From positions 113 to 64,112 of IMG/VR virus record IMGVR_UViG_2773858068_000002: a stretch of 64,000 bases of DNA; one strand, 5' to 3'. This DNA is from a virus. Its lineage: Duplodnaviria > Caudoviricetes. Numbering within the stretch: the stretch's first letter is position 1; every line of letters begins with the position of its first letter. The position numbers and the translations under genes are program-made. The notes under the pieces were generated by a model. The model had not been told where the DNA came from, did not search any database, and saw only the letters and a program-made list of their open reading frames with translations. Shown here one piece after another: positions 1 through 9,466 of the stretch.

Positions 1-1145
1 CGGCGCACCTTGTTTCTCTCCTTGTGGGAAAGCTGGGCGTCGATCGCTTTATCCCGGAAGAGGCCAGACTCGTTCAAGATGGTGCTGGCCAAGCCACGGA
101 AACCGTGGCCGGTCTGCTTTTCTTCATACCCCAATATCTCCAAGGCACGATTTATAGTCTCCCCGCTCATGGGGACGGAATCGGGGCGGCGGATGCCGGG
201 AAACATCAACTCGTAGCGTCCGGAATAGGTCTCCAGCTCTTCCAATAGCTCCAGGACCTGGCGCGATAGAGGCACCAGGTGGGGCGGGCCGTTCTGCTTT
301 TGCATGCGACTACCTTTCATCCGTTCCGGCGGCACGGTCCAGAGTGCCCCCGCCCGGTCCCATTCCACCCATTGCGTCCATCGCAGTTCATTGGTGCGCA
401 CGAAAGTGCGCATCATGATCTTGATGGCAAGTCGCGTTTCTGGTCGGCCGTGATAGCCTTCGACGCGCCGGAGCAATTCGGGCAGGTCGGTTTGCTCGAC
501 GTGAGGGTGGTGCTCGACCGGCGGGCGCTCTGAGAGAAACTGGCCCAGGCCCTGGGTCACATCCGCGTGCACTCGTCCAGTGCCGACCGCATAGCGGAAG
601 ACCATACCGACACTGCTGAGGACGCGGGTAGCCATCTCAAGCGCACCGCGCCGTTCTACGCGCCGCACCGCGTCCAGCACCATCTTGCCGGAGACTTCGG
701 CAATGGGAAGCTTGCCAAAGGACGGATAGGCATTCTTTTCGAGGGCGGACGTCATCCGCGAGTGGTAGCCGGCGCTCCAGTGCTCCTCCCGCGTCGCAAG
801 CCATTCGGATGCGATCGCCGCGAACGTGTCGGCAGCTGCGGTCGCTGCAGCGGCCCGTGCCAATTCACGCTGCACAGCAGGATCCAGGCCCGCGTCGAGG
901 TGGGCCTGGGCCGCAGCGCGTTCCTCGCGTGCTTTGGCCAGGGGCATGTCGGGATACTCTCCGAACGTCACGGAGGTTTCTTTCTTCGTGCCCGGCCGCC
1001 GGTATTTCATGCGCCAGAACTTGGATCCGGACTTCGCCATCTCCAGATACAAGCCGCCACCGTCGAACATGCGGTTTCCGCCGGCCGCCTTGTGCTTTGC
1101 CTGTCGGCACTTCGCGTCGGTGAGAGGGACTACTTGGCGGGGCAT
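1..1145 (-). CDS. int: P4-family tyrosine integrase, 3' end runs off the window
   Basis: Absent from the ORF track because there is no stop in the window. Manual translation from ATG 1145 (RBS AGGAG): MPRQVVPLTDAKCRQAK...MFDGGGLYLE (arm-binding domain) ... AIDAQLSHKERNKVR at the window edge. Confidence 0.95.
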   Translation of the reverse strand, partial: MPRQVVPLTDAKCRQAKHKAAGGNRMFDGGGLYLEMAKSGSKFWRMKYRRPGTKKETSVTFGEYPDMPLAKAREERAAAQAHLDAGLDPAVQRELARAAAATAAADTFAAIASEWLATREEHWSAGYHSRMTSALEKNAYPSFGKLPIAEVSGKMVLDAVRRVERRGALEMATRVLSSVGMVFRYAVGTGRVHADVTQGLGQFLSERPPVEHHPHVEQTDLPELLRRVEGYHGRPETRLAIKIMMRTFVRTNELRWTQWVEWDRAGALWTVPPERMKGSRMQKQNGPPHLVPLSRQVLELLEELETYSGRYELMFPGIRRPDSVPMSGETINRALEILGYEEKQTGHGFRGLASTILNESGLFRDKAIDAQLSHKERNKVR

Positions 1146-1152
1146 ACGGCCT

Positions 1153-1434
1153 TTACTCCTTTTCGGTGGTGGTTTGTGTTTCGTCGGCCTTGTAGCCGTC
1201 GGGATCTTGCAGCCAGGCCAGGATGTCCCGGCCACGCCATGCGGTGAAATGCCTGCCGCCCGTCGCCGGTTTGGGCGCGGTGCCATTGTTGATCTTGTAG
1301 CGCCAGCCTTCACGCGTGAAGGGGATGCGCGGGGCGAGGTCGCGCCAGCGGTAAAGGCCATCTGGGTAGATCGCGTCCGCGGGCTTCCTGGCGTAGTTCG
1401 CCTGCTGCTGGCCGGCTTCAATTGTCTGCGCCAT
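1153..1434 (-). CDS. xis: AlpA-like excisionase / recombination directionality factor
   Basis: MAQTIEAG...LYRWRDLAPRIPFTREGWRYKINNGTAPKP...TAWRGRDILAWL; winged-helix AlpA pattern directly upstream of int. Confidence 0.8.
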   Translation of the reverse strand: MAQTIEAGQQQANYARKPADAIYPDGLYRWRDLAPRIPFTREGWRYKINNGTAPKPATGGRHFTAWRGRDILAWLQDPDGYKADETQTTTEKE

Positions 1435-1439
1435 GTTCG

Positions 1440-2129
1440 TTACTCCAAGTCCGATTGAGGCGCGGCCAAGCGCCGAAATTCCACCACCCACACCCAGGGG
1501 TTCGCGTCCCAGGCGCCGGCGCCGTTGATCTGTTCCCACAGCGCGCGGAACATGACGCGCGGCAGCGAGTCGCCAGCCGGCGTCGTCATGGTCAAGCCGG
1601 CGGCGGATGGGTTCAGGCCGACACCTTCGGCCAGGGCATCCATGTGGTTGATGGCCTGGAGCCGTTCCACGCGCACGCGCGTGACCTCCAGCACCAGGCG
1701 GCACGCCCAGCGCGGCATGAACCGGGCATGGCGATACCTGCCCGGTTGGGGCGGGCCGTCGTGGGGCGGCGTGCCGGTGTGCTTCCAGTCGCGCCTCGCG
1801 CCGTCCGCTTCGTACTGGATCGGAGCCCAGGGCACGCTGTAGCCGGCGTCCAGGCACAGGTCGGCGATCTCGCTGCCGCTGCGCTTGTCCAGGTCTGCAG
1901 TGCTGCGCCAGGGCTCGCGTACCCATAGGCGGTCGCCTGGTTGCCCATACGGGCACGCGCGGTCAATTACATGCTGGGGCTCACGCTCCAATACCAGCGC
2001 GCCAGGGGCGTACAGGTTGCCGAGGTCGGGATGCTTTACCGGCATGGCGATTCGCCGCGTCTGCGTCTTGTCACCGGCCAGTACGGCGCGGATCATGGGG
2101 GCGTTGAAGGGGATAGGGCGTTCTTTCAC
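1440..2129 (-). CDS. Phage ASCH/PUA-like domain protein
   Basis: GTG start with RBS; MKERPIPFNAPMIRAVLAGDKTQTRR...CPYGQPGDRLWVRE...NPWVWVVEF. Confidence 0.75.
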   Translation of the reverse strand: MKERPIPFNAPMIRAVLAGDKTQTRRIAMPVKHPDLGNLYAPGALVLEREPQHVIDRACPYGQPGDRLWVREPWRSTADLDKRSGSEIADLCLDAGYSVPWAPIQYEADGARRDWKHTGTPPHDGPPQPGRYRHARFMPRWACRLVLEVTRVRVERLQAINHMDALAEGVGLNPSAAGLTMTTPAGDSLPRVMFRALWEQINGAGAWDANPWVWVVEFRRLAAPQSDLE

Positions 2130-2419
2130 AGTTCCACCTCCCTGAACTCTTCGGGGATGACGGGGTAGTTGGCCTCTTCCCCTTTCAGCTCGACGAGAAC
2201 AGGCCCGTGGCGCATGTCGCCGGTCATCCGGCCGTCCAGGCTGGAGCGCTCGTGCGGCCGCAGGTTGCTCCATTTGGCGATGACGTAGGGGCCAACCGCC
2301 AGCCCGCGCGGCTGGGCTCGCTCCATTGCGCCGACTGAGATATCGCGCTCGCGGCACCATTGTTCGGCCTCGCGGCAAGCTTCGAAGTTGCCGCCCAGGG
2401 TATCGAATACCTTTTTCAT
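2126..2419 (-). CDS. Hypothetical phage protein
   Basis: MKKVFDTLGGNFEACREAEQW...; coupled to neighbours by 4-nt start/stop overlaps. Confidence 0.75.
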   Translation of the reverse strand: MKKVFDTLGGNFEACREAEQWCRERDISVGAMERAQPRGLAVGPYVIAKWSNLRPHERSSLDGRMTGDMRHGPVLVELKGEEANYPVIPEEFREVEL

Positions 2420-3342
2420 TGCGGCACCTCGTTCCATACGCGGCCGTCCAGCATTCGGCCCGCCGCGCCCTTGCCGGGACGGTGCACCGTCGACCATCCA
2501 TCCGCGCTGGTCGAACCCGGTGGATATTCCGTCACGCGGAAGCCGCCGCGCGCCACACGGCCGTCCCATGCGATGGCGGCGGTCTTGAACTTGCCGGCGC
2601 CAAAATCACCGCTGCCGGGTGCCCAGTCGCCCCATTGCTTGAACAAGAACGGCACGCCAGCAGCAACGCACTGATCGCGCAGGCTGCGCACCCAGTCGGG
2701 ATGCATCGGCCGCGCGCCAATGCCGCTTTCGCCGCCGCAGATTACCCAGTCCAGCACCTCGTTGGCGTGGAACGCGGCCAGCCTCGCCGCGCGCCCCAGA
2801 TCTACCGGCCCCAACAGCGGCTCCATACTGAGGAAGCGCCGCCGCGCCGGCACGGCCAGCAGCTTGGGAATGTCGCGGTTGGCCTCTTCCTGGTTGCAGA
2901 CGGTGGCGCCGAGCCAGACGTTCGGCCGCGCGGCCCAATCGTGCGTGGGCAGCATCCGCGCGACGTTGCCGATGCGCTTGGTCAGCAGCAGCCAGTCCAG
3001 GTTCGGCGTCAGTTCGATCAGGTCGAAGAGATCGCGCCGCCAGGCCGGATCCACGGCGTTGTCGAACACGTCGGCCAGGCTGGCGCAGAACACGCGCTGG
3101 CGCCGGCGGTGCTGGGCGTAGAACACGCCGGCGTCGCGATTCCAGGCCAGCGGCTTACGCCAGTTGGCGGCACTGGTGCGCCGCCGCGGCGCGGCCGGGC
3201 CCCAGTTCACAGGGACGCCGCCGCCATACCGAGCATTTCGCGTTTCGGCATAGCAGTGATCGCAGCCGGGCCCGACCTTCTGGCAGCCTTCCCACGGGTT
3301 GAATGTGTGGTCCGTCCACTCGATTTTGCTGTTCTCAGCCAT
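2416..3342 (-). CDS. DUF5131 / Gp37Gp68 family protein (radical-SAM-like)
   Basis: MAENSKIEWTDHTFNPWEGCQKVGPGCDHCYAE...LLLTKR...FLSMEPLLG...WVICGGESG...PFLFKQWG. Confidence 0.9.
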   Translation of the reverse strand: MAENSKIEWTDHTFNPWEGCQKVGPGCDHCYAETRNARYGGGVPVNWGPAAPRRRTSAANWRKPLAWNRDAGVFYAQHRRRQRVFCASLADVFDNAVDPAWRRDLFDLIELTPNLDWLLLTKRIGNVARMLPTHDWAARPNVWLGATVCNQEEANRDIPKLLAVPARRRFLSMEPLLGPVDLGRAARLAAFHANEVLDWVICGGESGIGARPMHPDWVRSLRDQCVAAGVPFLFKQWGDWAPGSGDFGAGKFKTAAIAWDGRVARGGFRVTEYPPGSTSADGWSTVHRPGKGAAGRMLDGRVWNEVPQ

Positions 3343-5167
3343 TGTTTTCTCCCGCACGTGCGAGCAGGGCGGCGCGGGCCTCCGATTCGATGCAATAGAG
3401 TTGCAGCAGTTCATCGACCACGGCCGTGTCGGCGGTGTACCAGCGCTGGCCCAGTTCGCGCAGATGGACCTGCAACTGCCTGAGCATTTCGGCCAGGGCC
3501 GAGTTGCGGCCTAGGTCCGCACGTGCTTGGTGTAGCAACCCGCGATAGTCCACCCGCATTCCCTTGTGGGTGGATGCAAGCAGCGTCGGCGAGACACCTC
3601 CGGCGCGCTGCTGGCGGGCGGCCAGGACTGCGGTGCGGGCGTGACCGTCCGCGAAGTGTTCCAGCGCCACCTGCGCCGCGGCCTCATCGTCGCAGCTCCG
3701 GATGCGGCGCACGGCGTAGGCGACATCGCGCGGCGCAGGCGGCAGCGTCACGTCAGCCTGTGCAGATGTCTGGGCGATCAGCCTGCCGCAGGTCGGCTTC
3801 TTGCATACCGCGCCCGACACGCATTGCGGGCACGGATCGGCGATCTCATCAGGAACCGGGTAGGTGAACGGAACCAGTGAGATATTGCACGGCTCAGCCG
3901 GGCCTTGGCTCTCGATTGCCGCCAACTGGTCGGGAGTCCATTGATCATCGTGCGGTGCTTCGGTCTGGGGGCCGGGTTGCGCGGACAGGGCGGCGGTTCC
4001 GTCATCGTCGACCGCTTCGCCAACGGCAATTCGCAGTGCGTCAAACGCGGCGTCAAACCGGGCGACGTTCTCAGGGAACACCACCAGGCTGCCGTCTGCG
4101 CGGTCCCAGACGTGCGGGTACAGCTTGGTCATGCCCTTGGCAGCTGTAACCAGTTGGTCGACCGATGCCGCTATGCCGGCATAGCGCACCGCCTCGCTGG
4201 CCTGGCGCTGACTGCCCAGCATTTCGCGCCATCCGTCGCACGTTTCGCAGCCGGCGCAGTGGGCGACGTGCGCCTGCACGGGATCGATGGGCGGGAAGGC
4301 GTCGGCGCTGGCCTGGGATGCGGGGATAAAAACGCCGTCAGGCCCACTTCGGCCGGAGCGAACCGCATCCTTGGGGAACGCGGCAGGAGCGGCGCTGGCC
4401 TGGGGCGCAGGTTCACCCTTGTGCGTCGGGCCGTTCTGCGCGTTCAGTTCAGCGATCAGCCGCGACGATGTTTCCCGCTCTGCGCGCAGGTCGCTCTCGG
4501 CTTCCAGGGCGCGCCGTTTCCAGATCGCGAGATCCTCGCGGGCGCCCTCGTAGGCGTCAGCGAAGTTCGCAGGTTTGCGCCAAAGCTGCGCAGCCAGGAA
4601 CGGGTCTTTTTCCAGCCGCCCAACCGAAACGCCTTGGGGGTTGCAGGCGCTGCACGGAATCGACTCCGGGTATCCAGTTGTGTGACTGGTGTACCAGCCG
4701 GGGCCGCCGCATCGCTTGCACGCCTCCCCGGCTACAGAGGCGCTTGCCAGGGCGGCGCGGATCGTGCAGTCGGCCAGCAGGCTGTACTGGCTGCCACACT
4801 TCGGGCAGGCCGCCGTCATCGTGCCGTTTTGGGCGCAGCCTGGGCAATGGTCCTCTTTCGGGCTGTCGCCGCTCCAATCACAATTCTTGCAGGCCGCCAG
4901 CGTGTCGCTGCTGTCATTGATGCCTACGTGGCCGCACGCTCCGCACTCGCGGGCCTCGACATACATATCGGCTACAGGGGCGCGCAGGTTGGACAGCACG
5001 TCCACGATCAGCGCCTTCACGCGGCGGAATTGCTCGGTCTGCTGATACGGCACGGGGTTGGTCATGATCGCGTCCAGGCGGTCTGCGTGGGGCGCGATGT
5101 GCTTTTTCGCCAGGGCTTCAATTTGTTCATTCGTCAGCGGCGGCTGGGCGGCGTTGTTCTCGGTCAT
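3335..5167 (-). CDS. Mosaic hypothetical phage protein with several CxxC Zn-ribbon motifs
   Basis: MTENNAAQ... 610 aa; multiple CxxC pairs; overlaps the DUF5131 start. Confidence 0.75.
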   Translation of the reverse strand: MTENNAAQPPLTNEQIEALAKKHIAPHADRLDAIMTNPVPYQQTEQFRRVKALIVDVLSNLRAPVADMYVEARECGACGHVGINDSSDTLAACKNCDWSGDSPKEDHCPGCAQNGTMTAACPKCGSQYSLLADCTIRAALASASVAGEACKRCGGPGWYTSHTTGYPESIPCSACNPQGVSVGRLEKDPFLAAQLWRKPANFADAYEGAREDLAIWKRRALEAESDLRAERETSSRLIAELNAQNGPTHKGEPAPQASAAPAAFPKDAVRSGRSGPDGVFIPASQASADAFPPIDPVQAHVAHCAGCETCDGWREMLGSQRQASEAVRYAGIAASVDQLVTAAKGMTKLYPHVWDRADGSLVVFPENVARFDAAFDALRIAVGEAVDDDGTAALSAQPGPQTEAPHDDQWTPDQLAAIESQGPAEPCNISLVPFTYPVPDEIADPCPQCVSGAVCKKPTCGRLIAQTSAQADVTLPPAPRDVAYAVRRIRSCDDEAAAQVALEHFADGHARTAVLAARQQRAGGVSPTLLASTHKGMRVDYRGLLHQARADLGRNSALAEMLRQLQVHLRELGQRWYTADTAVVDELLQLYCIESEARAALLARAGENNG

Positions 5168-5168
5168 G

Positions 5169-5324
5169 TCATTCCTTGCTGGTAGGCTGGGCGGCAACGG
5201 CGGGCTTGTCCTGGCCGGACAGCGTCTCGCGGGCATGCTTTGCCAGCGGCTTGCCCGCGCGTTGCTGCATGCGCTTGCGGGCGTGCTTGAGCATCGCCTC
5301 GATGGTGGAATGGCTTTTACGCAT
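5169..5324 (-). CDS. Small basic hypothetical protein
   Basis: MRKSHSTIEAMLKHARKRMQQR...; RBS AGGGAG, fills the operon gap. Confidence 0.55.
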   Translation of the reverse strand: MRKSHSTIEAMLKHARKRMQQRAGKPLAKHARETLSGQDKPAVAAQPTSKE

Positions 5325-5706
5325 GCTCGCCTCCCTGCTGCGCGAGTTGCTGGGGAGCGTTGTGCGCTGCCGCTTCCTCCGGGCTGGCAAGCTCGAAATG
5401 CGGGTGTTCCACGCCGTCGGGCGTGACCACGACCAGGCGGTGGGTCTTGAACAGGCCGCCCAGGCTCCAGTTGCAGGGCTTGCCGTCCGGCTCCTTTCGG
5501 GGCGATCCGGCACCAGTGAAGCGTCCGACGCAGTCGACGCCCACATGGCGCGCTACGTCGCCCCAATCTTTGCCGGCGCCCGCAGCGATGAAGTCGAGGC
5601 CGTTCTGCAACGTGCCGCACATCGGGCACTTCACCGTGGTCAGCTCGCTACGGCTGGCTTGGGCCATGCACGCGGCCTGAAACTCTTCGAGGGTCATGCG
5701 CTTCAT
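5317..5706 (-). CDS. Hypothetical phage protein (VVA0879-like Zn-binding)
   Basis: MKRMTLEEF...KCPMCGTLQ...DCVGRF...CNWSLGGLF. Confidence 0.75.
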   Translation of the reverse strand: MKRMTLEEFQAACMAQASRSELTTVKCPMCGTLQNGLDFIAAGAGKDWGDVARHVGVDCVGRFTGAGSPRKEPDGKPCNWSLGGLFKTHRLVVVTPDGVEHPHFELASPEEAAAHNAPQQLAQQGGEHA

Positions 5707-6509
5707 GCTGCTTCCCCTTTGCCCTGCTGGGCGGCGATGGCGGCGCGGTCCAGGCGCTCAATTTCGGCCAGGATCAGGGCGCCGGCCTTGACTAGTTCGC
5801 GGCGGCGGTCGCCAGGCTTCCACCACGCCGAGGGCCAGGGCCATTGCTGCGGCGGTCCCGGAATCTCGAACTCTCCCGGGGGAAGCGCGTAGCACGAGGC
5901 GGCGAGCGCAAGCTGATCGCCGGTGTACGCATCGTCATGGTGGGTGGACCAGCCCTCGACGCTGATCTGGCGCTCGCGCTCGGCCAGCACGTCGCGCGCG
6001 GCGGCGGTCAGCGCATCGCCAGCACCGGAAGCAGGGCACATCGCGGCGATAGCCGCATCAGCCAGTTCTGCGAGACGGTCGGAATCTTCCGCGACGAGCG
6101 CGAAATCATCCGGGCCCATGGTGCCGTGGCTCCAGGCCGACCAGGCGCGCACGCAGTCGTAGGCGCTGCCCAGGGCGCCGGCGATAGCCTCCATGACTGC
6201 TTCGCGTCGCTGCTCCCCGTGCTGATCGCCCTGAGCGGCCGAAGCGCGGTTGGGCTCGACGTCCAGCGCGTGGATGATGCGGTCCAGGCCTGCAACGGCG
6301 GCATCGCCAGGCGGCAGAAAGGCCAGCGCCGCGCGGACGGCCTGCAGCTCCTGCACCACATCGACATCCGGCGCCGGCGCGGTGGCCAGCACGTCGCGGA
6401 TGGTGGTGTCGAACGTCCCGATGCGCGGGCCGCGCGCGGCAAATGCGTTGGTCCAGTCCTGGGTGGGGGCAGCCGGTACCAGCTGCCAGGAGGTAGCAGG
6501 CTTGCTCAT
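5703..6509 (-). CDS. Hypothetical phage protein
   Basis: MSKPATSWQLVP...; widespread C-terminal phage domain DVLAERERQISVEGW...WPW...WWKP...RRELVKAGALILAEIERLDR. Confidence 0.8.
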   Translation of the reverse strand: MSKPATSWQLVPAAPTQDWTNAFAARGPRIGTFDTTIRDVLATAPAPDVDVVQELQAVRAALAFLPPGDAAVAGLDRIIHALDVEPNRASAAQGDQHGEQRREAVMEAIAGALGSAYDCVRAWSAWSHGTMGPDDFALVAEDSDRLAELADAAIAAMCPASGAGDALTAAARDVLAERERQISVEGWSTHHDDAYTGDQLALAASCYALPPGEFEIPGPPQQWPWPSAWWKPGDRRRELVKAGALILAEIERLDRAAIAAQQGKGEAA

Positions 6510-7006
6510 GCGCGCTGGCCCTCCAAGGCTGCTTTGATCTTGGTCTGCAGCAGCAGGTCTACTTGGTCCTCGGGCGAGGAGCCCAGGGCGATGACGCGGC
6601 GCAGTACCGGCAAGGCCTTGCGCAACGCGTCGACGGTGGATTCCTGGACCGGCACAAGGTAGTGAAGGGCAATATGCAATTCCCGAAGCGGTTGCAGCGG
6701 GAGTTCCTTTCCGTGGCGCGTGCACCACATCTCGAAATGCCAGATTAGGCCCTCGATCGCGGGCGCGGCCTCATACCAGCGACCGTCGCAGGCAAGGAAC
6801 TCGGGGAACCCGCGGGAATTCACCGTCACCTTGCCGGTGCGGTCCAGCTCGTCGAAAAGCTGCTCCAGCGGGCGCATGACGATTTCCGCGCCGACGATCA
6901 TGGGCGAGGCTTTGGGGCGCATCTCATGACGAGCCGGCCGCCGGGGCCGGCGACCTTCGATGCGCTGCGCCAAGCGGCGATCGCGGCGGTTCATGTAGGC
7001 GTGCAT
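6506..7006 (-). CDS. Hypothetical phage protein
   Basis: MHAYMNRRDRR...; RBS GAGG; coupled to the next gene. Confidence 0.75.
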   Translation of the reverse strand: MHAYMNRRDRRLAQRIEGRRPRRPARHEMRPKASPMIVGAEIVMRPLEQLFDELDRTGKVTVNSRGFPEFLACDGRWYEAAPAIEGLIWHFEMWCTRHGKELPLQPLRELHIALHYLVPVQESTVDALRKALPVLRRVIALGSSPEDQVDLLLQTKIKAALEGQRA

Positions 7007-7016
7007 GGCTGCCTCC

Positions 7017-7658
7017 TCAATCCGCCAACTCGGCGTCAACCAACGCGCCGGGCGCGCCGTTGAGCATGTCCTGGATGGCGAAGTAGACGTCCATGCATCC
7101 GCGGACGTCGGCCATGGCGCTGTGGGCGTCCTCCAGCGGCTTGCCGGTGAAATGCAGCACGGCCTCGCTCAGGTTCGCGGTCTTGTAGTGCGTGCGGCCG
7201 GCGGCCAGCATCTTCGCGGTGGGCGGGCACTTGACGATGGGCGTGGCCAGGCGCGCCGTACATTCGGCGGCGGACGACTTCCAGCGCTCCAGATCGCCTT
7301 CCAGCTCGCCGGCGCGGTGCTGGGCGATGCGGATGATGCGCGCATCGAATTGTTCGTTGTGGCCGATGCGCGTGCGCCCGCCCCACAGCTCCAGAAACAT
7401 GGAGAGGGCCAGGGATTCCGGCACGCCGACGGCCGCGGCGTGTTCCGTGGTGATGCCGTGGACGGCAGCGACCTCGTCCGGGATGATCCAGCCATCGGGG
7501 CGGACGATGACGTCCATGCTGGCGATCACTTCGCGGCTGTCCATGTCCACCAGCGCCGCCGCCAGCTGGACGATGTGAGGCTGGCCGGGGTGGTCGGACG
7601 GGTCCTTAAACCGGGGCAGGCCGGTGGTTTCGGTGTCGTAGAAGAGCTTCTTATTCAT
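7017..7658 (-). CDS. DEDDh 3'-5' exonuclease (DNA Pol III epsilon-like)
   Basis: FYDTETTG (ExoI), GHNEQFD (ExoII), HSAMAD (ExoIII). Confidence 0.92.
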   Translation of the reverse strand: MNKKLFYDTETTGLPRFKDPSDHPGQPHIVQLAAALVDMDSREVIASMDVIVRPDGWIIPDEVAAVHGITTEHAAAVGVPESLALSMFLELWGGRTRIGHNEQFDARIIRIAQHRAGELEGDLERWKSSAAECTARLATPIVKCPPTAKMLAAGRTHYKTANLSEAVLHFTGKPLEDAHSAMADVRGCMDVYFAIQDMLNGAPGALVDAELAD

Positions 7659-7672
7659 GTGTAGGTTCTCTC

Positions 7673-9457
7673 TCAGGCGGCGGCGCGCAGCTGCTGCTGT
7701 TCGGTGGTGCCGTTTTCAATCCAGAAAGTGGTGAAGGCATCGGAGGGCGCTGCGGGCGCGGCTTTGAGCGTGCCCAGCACCAGGATGGTGTTCAGGTGGC
7801 CGTCGGCGCCCAGGGCGTCGAGCAATCCCAGCGCGTCGCCGCGGCCGGGCAGATCCAGGCAGTCGAAGCGGTCCAGCACCAGGCAGCGAAGCCCGGAGAT
7901 TTCCGCCAGCGCCGCGCCGATCAGGGCGTCCACGCGCCAGCGCTCCGACTCCGACAGCAGGCGGTAGGGCCGGCCGCCCCAGGTGATGGTCATGTCGCCG
8001 GACACGGCAGGCGCGAGCCAGCCGGCCAACTCGGCCAGTTCCGCCAGCTTGGCGTTGAACGGCTGCAGGGCCTCGGCCAGGATCTCGCCCGGGATGCCGT
8101 CGGGCGACAGGGCGTCGCCGATTGCCAGCCAATCCAGCACGTCGCGGTGGTATCGGGCGGCGCTGGCGGTGCGTTCCGCGGCGCTGGTGGCGGCCTGCTT
8201 AGCGTTCAGCAGTGCTTGCACGCGTTCGTTGACCGTCTTCTGTTCGGCGCGCAGGGCTGTCACCTTCGCGCGCGCCGCCTCGACGTCCGCCGGCGCGATT
8301 GCTTCGGGCTGGCTGTTCCCGCCCAGCTGCTCGGCGGCCGCTTCAGCCGCGGCGATGTCGCGGCGGTCGTTTTCGACGCTGCGCGCCATCAGGTCGCGGG
8401 CTTCGATGGCCTTGGGCAGCCCTGCGGATGCTTCGGCGTCACCTGTGGCGTCCAGCTTTCCGTATTGCGCCTCGTAGATGTCCAATGCTTGCAGGATCCG
8501 CATATCCAGGCGGCCGGGCAGCGCTGCGTTTACCTTCTCGTCGTTGTAGGCGTCGTCAAGGCAGCGGGCCAGGTCATGCACTAGGCCCTCGCGCGGCCCG
8601 GTACCCGCCTTGGCTTGCAGAGCATCTACCCGCTGGATTAGCTTGCCGTGTTCCTCAAGGTCGTACTCCAACTTCTGGCGCAGCGCCGGCAGCTTGGCCG
8701 CCTGGGCCTGCCGGGCCGAGTGCTGGTGCCGCCAGTCCGCATAGTGAGTGGCCTTCTGCTGTAAGGCGCCCTGGGCGGTGGTGGCCTGTTCGATCTTGGC
8801 TTCGACGGTGGCCAGGGTGGCGCGCTCGCCCACCAGGGCGGCCTGGTCGAAGTGCGGGACGTCAGCGGCCCAGCCTTCGGCCTTCTGGCTTCCCCACTGC
8901 TCACCAGTGGCCGCCTTCCACGCGCCCTTGGCTTCGGTGGCTTGCTGCTTGGCATATTCGGCGCCGGCACCGAAGCCGCCGCGCAAGATGGGCTTGATGG
9001 ACGGGACAAGAACAGGGTTGCACCCTCGGACAAGCAGCCGGCGCTCGATTTCGTCGGCCTTCACATTCGTTCCCGTCAGCGCGAACAGCAGGGTGCGGCG
9101 CTCGTCGGGCTTGGCCGCGGCAAAGCGATCAGGCGCCAGAACGAAGGGCAGGGCGGGGGACTGGGGCACCAGGGCCTCGCCGGACTGGGTGCCCTTGGGG
9201 AGGCTGATGCCGACGGTGCCGTCGTCCAGATCCAGCGCGACGGCGCCGACCTTCGCTCCATCGGTGATCAGGGCTCCGAATTCTTTCTTGAGCCCGACGC
9301 GCTCGGGCGTGCCCAGCAGGGCCAGGCGCACGGCCTCGGCGATGCTGGACTTCCCAGCGCCGTTCGCGCCGGCGATAAGCGCCACCGGCGTGCGCAGCTC
9401 CAGATCCACGGCGCGCACGCCCTGGAAGTTTTCGATTGTGATGCGGTTGATTCGCAT
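7673..9457 (-). CDS. Rad50/SbcC-like ABC ATPase with coiled coil
   Basis: Walker A GANGAGKSS, central coiled coil, signature LSESE, Walker B-like LVLDRFDCLD. Confidence 0.85.
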   Translation of the reverse strand: MRINRITIENFQGVRAVDLELRTPVALIAGANGAGKSSIAEAVRLALLGTPERVGLKKEFGALITDGAKVGAVALDLDDGTVGISLPKGTQSGEALVPQSPALPFVLAPDRFAAAKPDERRTLLFALTGTNVKADEIERRLLVRGCNPVLVPSIKPILRGGFGAGAEYAKQQATEAKGAWKAATGEQWGSQKAEGWAADVPHFDQAALVGERATLATVEAKIEQATTAQGALQQKATHYADWRHQHSARQAQAAKLPALRQKLEYDLEEHGKLIQRVDALQAKAGTGPREGLVHDLARCLDDAYNDEKVNAALPGRLDMRILQALDIYEAQYGKLDATGDAEASAGLPKAIEARDLMARSVENDRRDIAAAEAAAEQLGGNSQPEAIAPADVEAARAKVTALRAEQKTVNERVQALLNAKQAATSAAERTASAARYHRDVLDWLAIGDALSPDGIPGEILAEALQPFNAKLAELAELAGWLAPAVSGDMTITWGGRPYRLLSESERWRVDALIGAALAEISGLRCLVLDRFDCLDLPGRGDALGLLDALGADGHLNTILVLGTLKAAPAAPSDAFTTFWIENGTTEQQQLRAAA

Positions 9458-9466
9458 GGCGGCTCC

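Noticed and set aside
9146-9153. KOPS-like GGGNAGGG near the RdgC-FtsKgamma gene
   Set aside because: Expected by chance in very GC-rich DNA; no clustering assessed
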